A stretch of 64,000 nt of DNA from Octopus sinensis (taxonomy: Eukaryota): NCBI RefSeq assembly GCF_006345805.1, contig NC_043000.1:46500001-46564000 (forward strand), given 5' to 3'. The notes under the pieces are model-generated. The model worked only from the letters and a program-made list of their open reading frames with translations, was not told the origin of the DNA and ran no database searches. Every line of letters begins with the position of its first letter. The first letter of the stretch is position 1. Positions 52,449 through 64,000 of the stretch are shown here, one piece after another. Position numbers and translations under genes: made by a program.

Positions 52449-52637
52449 TGCGGGTGGCACGTAAAAAGCACCCACTACACTCACGGAGTGGTTGGCATTA
52501 GGAAGGGCATCCAGCCGTAGAAACACTGCCAGATCAGACTGGGCCTGATGCAGCCTCTGGCTTCACAGACCCCAGTTGAACCGTCCAACCCATGCTAGCA
52601 TGGAAAGCGGATGCTAAATGATGATGATGATGATGAT
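52449..52637 (+). mobile_element. RTE-tail fragment after (TA)n
   Basis: ggcacgtaaaaagcaccc...ggttggcattaggaagggcatccag...(atg)n. Confidence 0.85.
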
Positions 52638-53344
52638 ATGATTGTCTTCTTTCAGTTTTTGACTACTGGATCAACTAGATCAACTCATAGGGGATTAAGT
52701 AAGCTGAGGGCTATAGCAGAAGACATTTGCCTGATGTGAAACACACTGGGACTGAATCCAGAACCATGTGGTTGGGAAGCAAGTTTGATACCCCACAACC
52801 ACTTTTGCACCTTATATTTATAAAAACCTTCAGTTCGAAAGTCATACCACTGTGTTATTGAGTTTTTATGCTAGGTTACAATGTTACATTACAGCTGTGG
52901 TATTCTTGCAACTACTTGCCATAACAATTATATTAATTTCTCTTAGCAATACAAAACCTCAACAGCACTATATCATCCTTTTGGAGATACCACCAGTTCA
53001 TTATCTGTGTCTCTCCTGAATGTGAGTAGCCATATAGCTCCTCTACAACATCAAACAGCTCTACCCGAACCTCATTTCTCATACCTTAGCTGCCATTTAA
53101 GGGAAGGATGTGCCACCTCCTCAGGTTTTTTTATAGACTTGCAAGCTACTTGTTGAGCTCAGTAGAGTCTGTGACATGTAAAAAGCACCAAGAATACATT
53201 ATAAAGCTGTTGGTGTTAGGAAGGGCATCCAGCCATAGAAACCACATCAAAGCAAACACTGGAGTACGATGAAGTTCTTAGGACCCAACAGATCCTTATC
53301 AAACCATCTAGCCTATGCTAGCATAGAACGGGAAAATTAGAAGA

Positions 53345-54185
53345 TGATGGTAGTGGTGGTGAAGAAGAATAAGAAGAAGGGAGAGGAGGGTAAGGGGAGA
53401 AGGAAGAAGAGGAAGAGGAGTGGAAGGAGAAGAAGAAAAGGAGGAAGGGGAGGGAAAAGAGTAAAAAAGAGGAGGAGGGGAGGCAGAAAAAGAGAAGAAA
53501 CAGAAGAGGAGGGGATGGGATGTAGAAGTAGAGAAAGAAGAAGAAAATAGAGGAGAGGAGGGGAAGAAGAAAAGAGAAAGATGAGGAGGAAAGGGAGGGC
53601 AAAGAAGAAGAGAAGGAGGAGGGAAGGAAGAAGAAGAAGAGAAAGAGGAGTAGGAGGAAGTAGAAGAAAGGAGAAAGAAAGGAGTAAAAAGCAAAAGAAG
53701 AAAAAGAGGACTAGGAGGAGGAGAGGAAGAAGAAAAGAAGAAGAGGAGGGGAGGAAGAAGAAAAGGAAGAAGAGGAGGGGAGGAAGAAGAAAAGGAAGAA
53801 GAGGAGGGGAGGAAGAAGAAAAGAAGAAGAAGAAGAAGAGAAAGAGGAGTAGGAGGAAGTAGAAGAAAGGAGAAAGAAAGGAGTAAGAAGCAAAAGAAGA
53901 AAAAGAGGACTAGGAGGAGGAGAGGAAGAAGAAAAGGAGGAAGGGGAGGGAAAAGAGTAAAAAAGAGGAGGAGGGGAGGCAGAAAAAGAGAAGAAACAGA
54001 AGAGGAGGGGAGGAAGAAGAAAAGGAAGAAGAGGAGGGGAGGAAGAAGAAAAGGAAGAAGAGGAGGGGAGGAAGAAGAAAAGGAAGAAGAGGAGGGGAGG
54101 AAGAAGAAAAGGAAGAAGAGGAGGGGAGGAAGAAGAAAAGGAGGAGAAGGAGGGGCGGGAAATGAAGAAGAAGAAAATGAAGAAG
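53345..54185. repeat. ~840-bp polypurine (GAA/GGA) compound minisatellite
   Basis: Almost only A/G on the plus strand, with a ~29-bp unit (ggaagaagaaaaggaagaagaggagggga) and larger internal duplications. Confidence 0.95.
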
Positions 54186-54413
54186 CATAGTTACATAATG
54201 AAATTTCTACATTTTGCATACTAACAATGCTGAAGTACCATCATCAATCCAAGAAAATATATACGTAGTGAATATCTTTTACTTCACTCATGAGAATTAC
54301 AAGAACTATGTGTTCTTGTAACATTTTACACGCCAGAAATAAATATCTATTTCACACCCTTGAAGATTTCAAAAGAAAATATCAATAAACTATTGTATAG
54401 AAAATGCTATCAT

Positions 54414-54725
54414 TTTAAAGTTTATCTCTGAAGACTTTCCATAGAATTCAAAGCCAGCACTGCAAGTTACAACATTTCGTACACGAATATGTCTATGTAA
54501 ACAATGCAACTGCTAAAAGTTGATAATGGTTGTATATGCATATTTCAAGAATTATTGCTCTTTCATCAGGAATACATCCAACCCATCAACTATCTACAAT
54601 GCTTTGCTTAAATATCTACTAGTTTTAGCTAGTATTTACATGGACATATTCACATACAAAACATTGTAACTTGCAGCGCAAGCTCTGAATTCTATAAAAA
54701 ATTCATCGATAAATTTATAAATTCC
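54414..54725. repeat. Old foldback with ~90-bp diverged arms and a hammerhead-like core in the spacer
   Basis: ~54414-54510 is inverted at ~54636-54725 (shared ttgtaacttgcag.gc..gct.tgaattctat). The minus strand at 54528-54579 has CTGATGA...GAAA. Confidence 0.6.
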
Positions 54726-55148
54726 AAACATTGCACACCAAACAAAAAAGGAACACAATATGGACTTGGTAGTATATTATGGCTGCAAAACGAAAAACTA
54801 TGGCCTTGCAAGCAGTTAATTAAGAAAATGTTATGTATTGAAATGACTGAAATGCTAGTAGTATTGATAATAACAATACTATTGTAATATTTTTTAAAAG
54901 AAAAAGGTATTATATTTATCATTATGAATAGCTTCCTTCAAATCTATTGCCTCGAGCTAATACTATACTGAAATTAATACTGTATTGAATATACATATAA
55001 TAAAACATGTACAGAGTTTCCTTCGAATCACTTATAAATCAGAAATGGTGCCAGTGATAATGGTGTTGACAAATAAACAAATGTAAGTATCTGAATTTAC
55101 TACCAGAATCATACACATAAACAAAGAAAGTCTTTTAATTATCAAAGG

Positions 55149-55185
<37 letters not shown>

Positions 55186-55306
55186 TATATATATTCTCTT
55201 ACTCTTTTCAGGCATACATACATCTATATATATATATATGCATGTATATATGTATGTATATATATATGTCTGTATATATATACATACATACACATATTTA
55301 CATATT

Positions 55307-55357
<51 letters not shown>

Positions 55358-55846
55358 GGAGGTACATACATACATATATAAATCAAAGAAGTATTATTAC
55401 CATTATTAATAATAATAATTATAATAATAAGGTTGTTAGAAAGTTTACATCTTTTCAGGTAAAATATAACTTAAATTCAGATACAGTAGAGGATTTATAT
55501 ACCACTTGCTATAAGCAGAGCTATCACTCCAAAACCACCAATAATTCACTATTAAAATACACACGAGCAATGCAACGAATATAGGAGAAACGGGTTTAAT
55601 TTGTGTGTAATACAGAAGTAAGGAATGTATGTATTTCAATATCAATTGATTTCGCCTTCTTTATGAAAAACCATATTTTGAGCTCATCGGTTGAAAATAA
55701 CTCTTTTAACATCTATTTCTGCAATATTCATCACATTACCTCATGTGCATCCTTTACTTTAGACGTCCCCGTGACATTCAAAACAAAAGCTATCATGAGC
55801 CAATATATATGTATGTATGCATGAATAATTGTAGAGAGAGAGAGTA

Positions 55847-56037
55847 ATAATGGGTTATAAAAATTTATTTATTTATTATAGGATTACAGCTGTATCAGAT
55901 ATGCATTCGCAGATGTTCAAGGTTCAATTTATCAATCGATCGATTGATAAGATTGAACCGTCAATACACCCCAAATACATGACTGAAACAGCTACAAGCT
56001 TGTAATAAATTAATAAATGTATATAATAACCCATTAT
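55847..56037. repeat. ~190-bp hairpin (MITE-like) element
   Basis: Perfect 12-bp ends ataatgggttat/ataacccattat and a central perfect 22-bp palindrome ttatcaatcgatcgattgataa (55929-50). Confidence 0.8.
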
Positions 56038-56388
56038 TTCTGTCTATTTTCTGTATCACTGTATAAAAACATAACATTTTAACTTGGTAATGGAACCATG
56101 GATTTATTCATTTGACTGGTGACAGAGTTTCATTTCAGATTACCTGGAGAACAATACTAATCACAAGTCTTTTTTGTTAGCTTTGTATATTTTTATCTAC
56201 AGAGGACTTAAGAAGTATTTTACTTGGATTACTAACCCCAATTCCTCTTTATTTTGATATATATATATACACACACATATATATTGTTGTTTTGTTCTAT
56301 GATGGTAAGAACAGCAACTTGTGAGAGGTAAATATTTTTTAATAAACACAATATATGTTTGTATGTACTACTATTAGTTTCATGTGCT

Positions 56389-56485
56389 GAGGACATCATA
56401 GCCAAGAGGACATCATAGCTGAGAGGACATCATAGCCGAGAGGACATCATAGACAAGAGGACATCATAGCCAAGAGGACATCATC
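56389..56485. repeat. 17-bp minisatellite, ~5.7 copies
   Basis: Unit gaggacatcatagccaa and variants. Confidence 0.9.
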
Positions 56486-56487
56486 AC

Positions 56488-56525
<38 letters not shown>

Positions 56526-56690
56526 TATTATATTATTATTATTCTATGTTGACTTTTGCTTTATTTTGTACAAGTTGGCTCCAAGTCTCACCCAGAGACT
56601 CAAGAGACAACAGGTGGAAGTTTGGGCTGTTGTTATGCCTAGTGTGCCATATATTGGTTTGTATTAGTGTTGTACTAGTGAATGTCAAAA
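56488..56690 (-). mobile_element. Possible R4/Dong-like LINE 3' end with (AAT)n tail
   Basis: gagtctctgggtgagacttggagccaacttgtac...(aat)n. The assignment is from recalled resemblance only. Confidence 0.35.
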
Positions 56691-56743
56691 AAAAAAAACG
56701 AAAATTTTGTTTGTTTTAAAACTTGAGATTACTTAGAAAATTA

Positions 56744-56794
<51 letters not shown>

Positions 56795-56798
<4 letters not shown>

Positions 56799-57020
56799 TC
56801 AAATTTGGCACAAGGCCTGCAAATTTGAAAGGAAGGAGCAAGTCAGTTACATTAACCACCACAGCACTTACCTGGTACTTTATTTTAGCAACACCAAAAG
56901 GATGCAAAGCGAAATTGACTTCAGTGAGGTTTGAGCTCAGTATTGAAAGAGGTAGAAGAAATGCTGCTAAGCAAAGTATTTGGTCCAAATTCGTTAATGA
57001 TTCTGGTAGCTCTCTGTCTT
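56795..57020 (-). mobile_element. SINE family C, decayed
   Basis: ctggtacttattttagcaacaccaaaaggatgcaaagcgaaattgac. Confidence 0.6.
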
Positions 57021-58482
57021 AATAGTAATTGCAATAATCAACATTATGTGCTAGAATGATTGAAGTGTATATGTGAGTGCACGAGAATATTTGTGCATGT
57101 GTAGAGATTGGCATTTATGTGAATTGCTTGTAAATGCATGTACTTATACTTGTATATGACATGAAAACTCGATATTGATAGAACTTGCATTTATGCTTGT
57201 CAGTGAGGCATATATGCGTTTAAGGATGCATACATATATATTCATATATTTATGTGTGGGCTTCACACTAAGGATGAAAGAGTTAAGGTTGCAAGTTTTC
57301 TTTAGCTTGTCTTCAGTCAAAATGCACCCCTAACTAGGAAGAAAGGGTGAATGATAATTCAACAGGGAAGATGACAAGTTCCATTGACCTATTGACTTCT
57401 GATAGTTTGGACTCCATATTTTCCTTTCATCAATGAGTTGGTGGAGGGGAGAGCTGCAGCAATTGCAGCCCTCTCATGGTATTCAGTTTTACAGAGCTCT
57501 ACAGAGTTGGCAAGTTGATTATTTAGCTCTGCTATTACATTTGTTGCTGTAATTCAATGGATTTAAATACATTTCACAACACATTTCAGCTGTTTTAAAT
57601 ACATGTGATCCCTCTCTGAGAAATTTGCTTTCTGCTCAGAATTATGTTTGCCAGAAGTAGATTTACCTTAGGTTTAGTAGGCCAAACCTAACTTATTCTT
57701 GAATCATAAATAATTCAAGAAATTTTAGTGATTGTAGTTCTAACCATCTGTGCTCCTGCAATTTGCTCTCTTTGGAAATCAGAAGCAGTCATAGCTTTTA
57801 ATTTATTCAAATATAGATACCTGCCCCAACAAAAATTAAAAAAAAAAAAAAATAATAATAATACAGAGCAATGAAATGCAGTAAAAAGTATACATAATGC
57901 TTGTGAACACAGTTTTGAATTTGTCATATGGTCAAACACGAAGTGGTATTTCCCTTACTTAGTCCTACACAGACAAACACACACAACACACACACATACA
58001 CACACATATTAATACACATTCTACTAATTATCAATTGATCAGTTTATCATTTTAGAGCTGACCATTTATATATTTCATGTTATTTAGCATGAATGATTTG
58101 CATATTGCACTTCTATGCATCACCTCTTAAATCATATAAGTAATTATATTCCACTGGGGAATTTGAGTTATTTCCTTCTGCTCCTTTCTTTTTTTTTGTT
58201 TGTTTTTTTCCATAATGTTGAATGAAGATTCCTGCTATATGATAAACATAATTCCACTTTTCCTATTAAATTAAGCCTTTGATGATCAAAGCAATCTCGA
58301 GCCAGTTAAATACGAATTAGACATTCCCATACTTATCTCTTACCTATAAATAACAAATAGGCATTGCACTATTTCTCTCTATCTTTCTTCCTTTATTACA
58401 CCATCCTCCCCCTTACACTCCCTTTCTCTCTTCCATCATGCTTATTCAATTCTAGGACTCACTCTGTTACAACCTGCCCATG

Positions 58483-58513
<31 letters not shown>

Positions 58514-58999
58514 TCAATCACTCCTATCTCTCATTACTCTGCTCTTAATGTTTCTATTCAACCTCCTTACCAACAACCATCATGAGAGCTGTCTATCACA
58601 CTCTCCTGTTATTCTTTCACTAAGATACACGTTCAATTCATTCATTTCTAATTAATTTTAAGAAATTAAATATTAATTTTTTTGAATTATATCCCATTCC
58701 TTTGAGACTTGATAAGAATTGCAGCAGTTTGTCATTTTTCTTTTATTAACTTTCTTCATCTAAGCAGGAAATTTCAATTAAGTCAATATTTTTTGCCTAT
58801 GTCATTCAGTACATCACACCTTCACATGTTTATCTAAATACATGCTATCAAGACACATGATTTATTTTGCATAGATTATTTTAGTGCTCAAGTATGTTAT
58901 AGATATCGTGTTTTGCTTATCATTATTCAGTTACTTGATCAGCACTATAAACAATGCTGTGTTTATATGCATGTGCATGAGAATGTGTCACGTGTGCAT

Positions 59000-60328
59000 G
59001 TCAATATAAACACATGCTCATTATATATATATATATATATAGTGTGTGTGTGTGTGTGTGCATGTGTGTGTGTATATATATATATGTATATATATATATG
59101 CATGTACACATGCATGTATTTGTGTCTGTGTATGTATGTATATATGTATGTATATACACACGTATATAAGTAGCCACAAAGTTTTCTATAAAACATATTG
59201 TTATTCCTATCTCAGCTCTTAGAAAAAAAAAAGAATATAAGCAGAATTCCTATTTCTTTATTTCCCTATTTCTGAGGGATGTAATATGTTATTATATCAA
59301 CATATAAACAGCTATAACAAACAATCACACACACACATACATATGTATAAGTATGCATGAGTGTGTGTGTGTATATATATGTGTGTTCGTATGTGTGCGT
59401 GCATAAGTTTATATGTGTGTGTGTATATATATAAACATATATAAAGATATATATATATATATATATATAAACCATATGTCACTTAAATAATATATGCATA
59501 TATATATGTATATATATCTATATATCTATATATTTATGTATATATGTATATATATATACATATATACACATATATATATACACACACACTCACACATACA
59601 CACACATGCACACATATATATACATATACATACATATTTATATATGTGTGTGTATGTATATATATACATACACATATATATTATAATAGAGATATATACA
59701 TATGTACATTTATACATATACCTGTGTATATATATTGTAGAGATATACATATATATAAATATATATATATATATATTATATATATATATATAATATTATA
59801 TTTACACATTCTATGCATACATAAAATATCTACATATGCACGTATATATTTTTATCAGGAAGATAAAATAAATAGGCTATATTACATATATATATATAAA
59901 CAAGCTTTATTACATATACATATACGTGTGTATGTGTGTGTGTGCGTGTGTCTGTGTGTGTTTGTAATTATACATATATATATGACATTTTTTTTTGCCT
60001 CAAATGTTTTCTCAAATACAAAAAAATAAGCATTATCATATCGAGTAGAAAACTAATTTATTGATTCCTGATTGATAAATTTAAAGAAATCAGTTTGCCT
60101 GTATATTTTAACTTGAAAGACATCAAGTGTGGTATTTAGTCCTATTTACACTGTTGATGTATGATAAATTGAAACCACTCTCAAACTACAAAGAACATCA
60201 ATCTTTAAATATTGAATATTTGCTAGAATTATTGGTTTTGAAAGTCATCATTATTTATCTTTCCTCTTTTATTCTTTTTTGCATATGAAATCTCTAACTT
60301 TCATTCAATGTGTATATGTATGTTCATT

Positions 60329-60363
<35 letters not shown>

Positions 60364-60393
60364 GTAATACGTGCATGTATATCTGTGTGCATA

Positions 60394-60425
<32 letters not shown>

Positions 60426-61051
60426 CATACATATTTATGTTTATGTATATCTTCATATATATATATATACACACATATAATATAAAAACGAAGATATATA
60501 TAAAAGTATAGATAAAACTATATTATTATATGATTGAATGCCACAATCCATTTCCAAATAAGTTTATCTATATATATATATGTACATATATATATATATA
60601 TGTATGTACATAAATATATACATGTATTATATTTTAACACACATATATGTATATGTATGTATCTATGTATAAATATACATCTATAAATATATATGTACAC
60701 ACATAGTATGAGTGTGTAGATGCATAATCATACATGAGGGTTTGCCTTTAAACATCTTTATATACAGAAGTGTATATGGATGACTTGCAAAATCTATATA
60801 TATACATATATATATATATATGGCCTGCTCGCTGAGCCAGTGGGGTGGCATCATTTGAAGGCTAAAACAATGCGAAGTGCATTGTGACCAGCGATGTGTA
60901 GCAACATCTGATAACCTGGTCGGTCACAATGATCACGGTGATATATATATATATGTGGGTGTGTGAAGGAAGGTATATAAGAATGTGTATTTGTGTATAT
61001 GTATATATGTAGATGTGTATATATATATGTGTATATATGTGTATATATATA

Positions 61052-61093
<42 letters not shown>

Positions 61094-61386
61094 CTTATAT
61101 ATGTGTGTTACGCACACATGCATACACACAAACACGCACACACACATGGTTTCTTTCATTTTCTGGTCATCAAATGTACTCACAAGTCTTTGGTTCACCT
61201 AGAGCAAGAGTAGAGGATACTTGCTAAGGTGGAAACATATTGGGACCGAATGGAAAATCATATGCTTTATATATACATACATATATATATATATATATAG
61301 ATATATTCATACATATATATATATTTTATATATATATATATATTCATACATATATATATATATATATAATTCATACATATATATAT

Positions 61387-61426
<40 letters not shown>

Positions 61427-61725
61427 CCCCTTCTTCGCTTCATCTTCATCTTTATTTTGGTTTCTACACTTACATGACAGCATGGATCAGATGGATTCTT
61501 TAAGGCAGAATTTCTGTGGTAGGATAGAAAGAAGTTTCCCTATCCATTTGAATACTCTGCACAATGGCTGACATGTTTTCAGGAAGACGGGGAACAAACA
61601 TCAGTGCTTCTATGACGATGATGATGACATATTTCTTTATTGCAACTGTCACAATATGTGAAGATGGGGATCCATGAACAGGCACACAAAATATACAACA
61701 CACATACACATACTTATGCTTGGAC

Positions 61726-61764
<39 letters not shown>

Positions 61765-61827
61765 CATATACATATATATACATTTATATGTATATGTACA
61801 TATATTTGTATGCAGTTATATATATAT

Positions 61828-61901
<74 letters not shown>

Positions 61902-62517
61902 CATATATATATGTATACTATATATATACATATATATGATATTCTCCTAGAAGTTTTGCATATGACTAGTTACACAGATGAAAATAAAAATAAACAATTA
62001 GACCTTACTGTGTATTGCCACATTCTCAGAGAAAAAACAGCATTAAGCAATAAAACCTATGTACATATTTGAACACATACCACGTTTGTGATTCATATTC
62101 ATGGTTTTATTACTGTATGGCACTTTTAGAGAGATTGTTCGCAAGAATTTTTGGAGGAGAAAGTAATACTTTGAACAGTAACCGCTTTTTATGTTTCATA
62201 TTTACAGTTTTACGAGAAATGAATATGATTTCTGACTGAGCAACAGCAAATGATCTTTTAGTTGGAAGTGAATGATATTCAATGTGTCATATCTTTTGCA
62301 CAATAAAATCAACTTATTATTTATCGCTTGCCTTCAATGACGGTATTCAACAAGTTTCTTGCCAAAATCAAGCCTATAATTATCAGCTACATGCATACGT
62401 ATAAATATACATACATATATATTTATAAATGTAATATACACACATACATACATATATAAATATATATAGATATGCACACATACACACACAAGCCAAATAT
62501 ATACATTATGCATATAC

Positions 62518-62550
<33 letters not shown>

Positions 62551-63307
62551 TATATATATGCATATATATACATAGAAATATGTGTGTGTGTATATATATT
62601 TATATAAATATATATAAAAATGTATATGTATATATAATATATATATCTATATATGTATGTATATATGTGTGTATGTATATATGTGTGTGTTTATATACAT
62701 ATGTACACATGTGCATGTGTGTGTGTATATATGTATATATGTATATATGTGTATAAGCATGAATATAGGTGTATAGCTATGCATATGTCTACATATTTTT
62801 CTGTGTGTGTGAATTACACCATGTTCTTCTCAAGTATTGCAAACAATCAGAGCTTCACTTTTTTCCCCCTGTATTTGTGTTTTGCTACAAGTTACCAATA
62901 CTAGTTAAATACAAAAGATATATGCTATTATTTTGTTTTACATTGAAAGCATCAGAACAGAACATTGAAATACAGTGGACATAAGTTATTATACGTATGT
63001 ATTACTGGACAAATTTATGGTATGTAACTATTCACGTATGTATAAAATAGCAAAATTGTGTGTAAAAAATAGGGAAACCTCTGTTAATACGTTTCTTTTG
63101 AACATGCACGCTTGTATCTATTTAGTTTTCTAAAATGCATGTAAGCTGCTTGAAAATACGTTCAGCTGTTGGTGGTTTTGTATGTCTATATACGATTATA
63201 TATATTTATAAACTCTTACACAAAATCATATAAATACCCCCATGCATACAACTCATATACATACAGACATACACACACACACACACAACACACCACACCC
63301 ACACACA

Positions 63308-63339
<32 letters not shown>

Positions 63340-63662
63340 ATAATATATATAATATATATAATATATATATAATATATATATATACATTATATATATATAT
63401 ACATATATATATATACATATATACATATATATATATTATATATATATATACATATACATATATATATATATATATAATATATATATTATATATATATATA
63501 TTATATATACCATAGATATATATATATATATACACACACATATACATATATCCATATCTATATATATATTTATACAGGTACATTTCTATGCATGCATATA
63601 TATATATTTTCATACATATATATATTATATATAGTTATATGTATGTGTGTGTATGTACAAAA

Positions 63663-63693
<31 letters not shown>

Positions 63694-63860
63694 TATATAT
63701 ATATATACATATTTATTATATACATATACACATATATTCATATGTGTGTATGCACATACATATATACATACATATATATATGCACATATATCCACACACA
63801 CACATACATATGCACTTGCACTTACATATATGCATATATTCTGCTGCACAAAACATACTC
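59000..63860. repeat. Microsatellite-dense zone (TA/CA/TATG tracts)
   Basis: Tracts at ~59020-59170, 59330-59960, 60320-60700, 60940-61145, 61265-61425, 61725-61940, 62400-62780 and 63250-63840. Confidence 0.9.
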
Positions 63861-64000
63861 ATGATTGTTTGCATGTATTTATGTCAGTTCATCCATAAAT
63901 TATGGTTATTTATTACCTCCCCCTAGTTTCTACAGCATACATTTATGAATATGTTTATCACTTGTTTTGAAGTACTATCGATCTATTTTTGTTTTTTTCA

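Noticed and set aside
53308-54219. 303-aa ORF rich in S/P/F/L, the longest in the window
   Set aside because: It is the pyrimidine strand of the polypurine minisatellite and has no coding features.
54420-54500. EGF-like peptide VTCSAGFEFYGKS on the minus strand
   Set aside because: It is one arm of a DNA inverted repeat and is surrounded by stops.
56389-56485. CRISPR-like regular repeats
   Set aside because: The units are contiguous with no unique spacers, the context is eukaryotic, and there are no cas genes.
46032-63926. Many 60-200 aa ORFs rich in Y/I/H/T/C/V (also at 33-428 and elsewhere)
   Set aside because: They are translations of (TA)n/(CA)n microsatellites, which lack stop codons in most frames.

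Overview
AT-rich, microsatellite-saturated eukaryotic DNA. Its SINE families and repeat content resemble an Octopus (cephalopod) genome; this is an inference from recalled repeat families, not a database match. I cannot support any host protein-coding gene: the ORF track is almost entirely translated (TA/CA)n or purine tracts, or transposon remnants. The window is a transposon graveyard. It holds three tRNA-derived SINE families, RTE-like LINE tails, two Buster-type hAT elements (one with both TIRs and its TSD), mariner/Tc1 remnants, a Chapaev3-like remnant, a Gypsy RNase H fragment and a solo LTR. It also holds a near full-length, decayed HERO-like (RT + restriction-like endonuclease) retrotransposon flanked by unusual ~155-bp direct repeats. 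Beyond standard annotation there are two main signals. (1) A set of type I hammerhead-ribozyme motifs sits in Penelope-like short elements; one at 3807-3879 has an intact core. (2) Local inverted duplications and foldbacks recur (1-463, 23693-25374 and several smaller hairpins). All alignments, folds and counts were done by eye, and most element boundaries are approximate.
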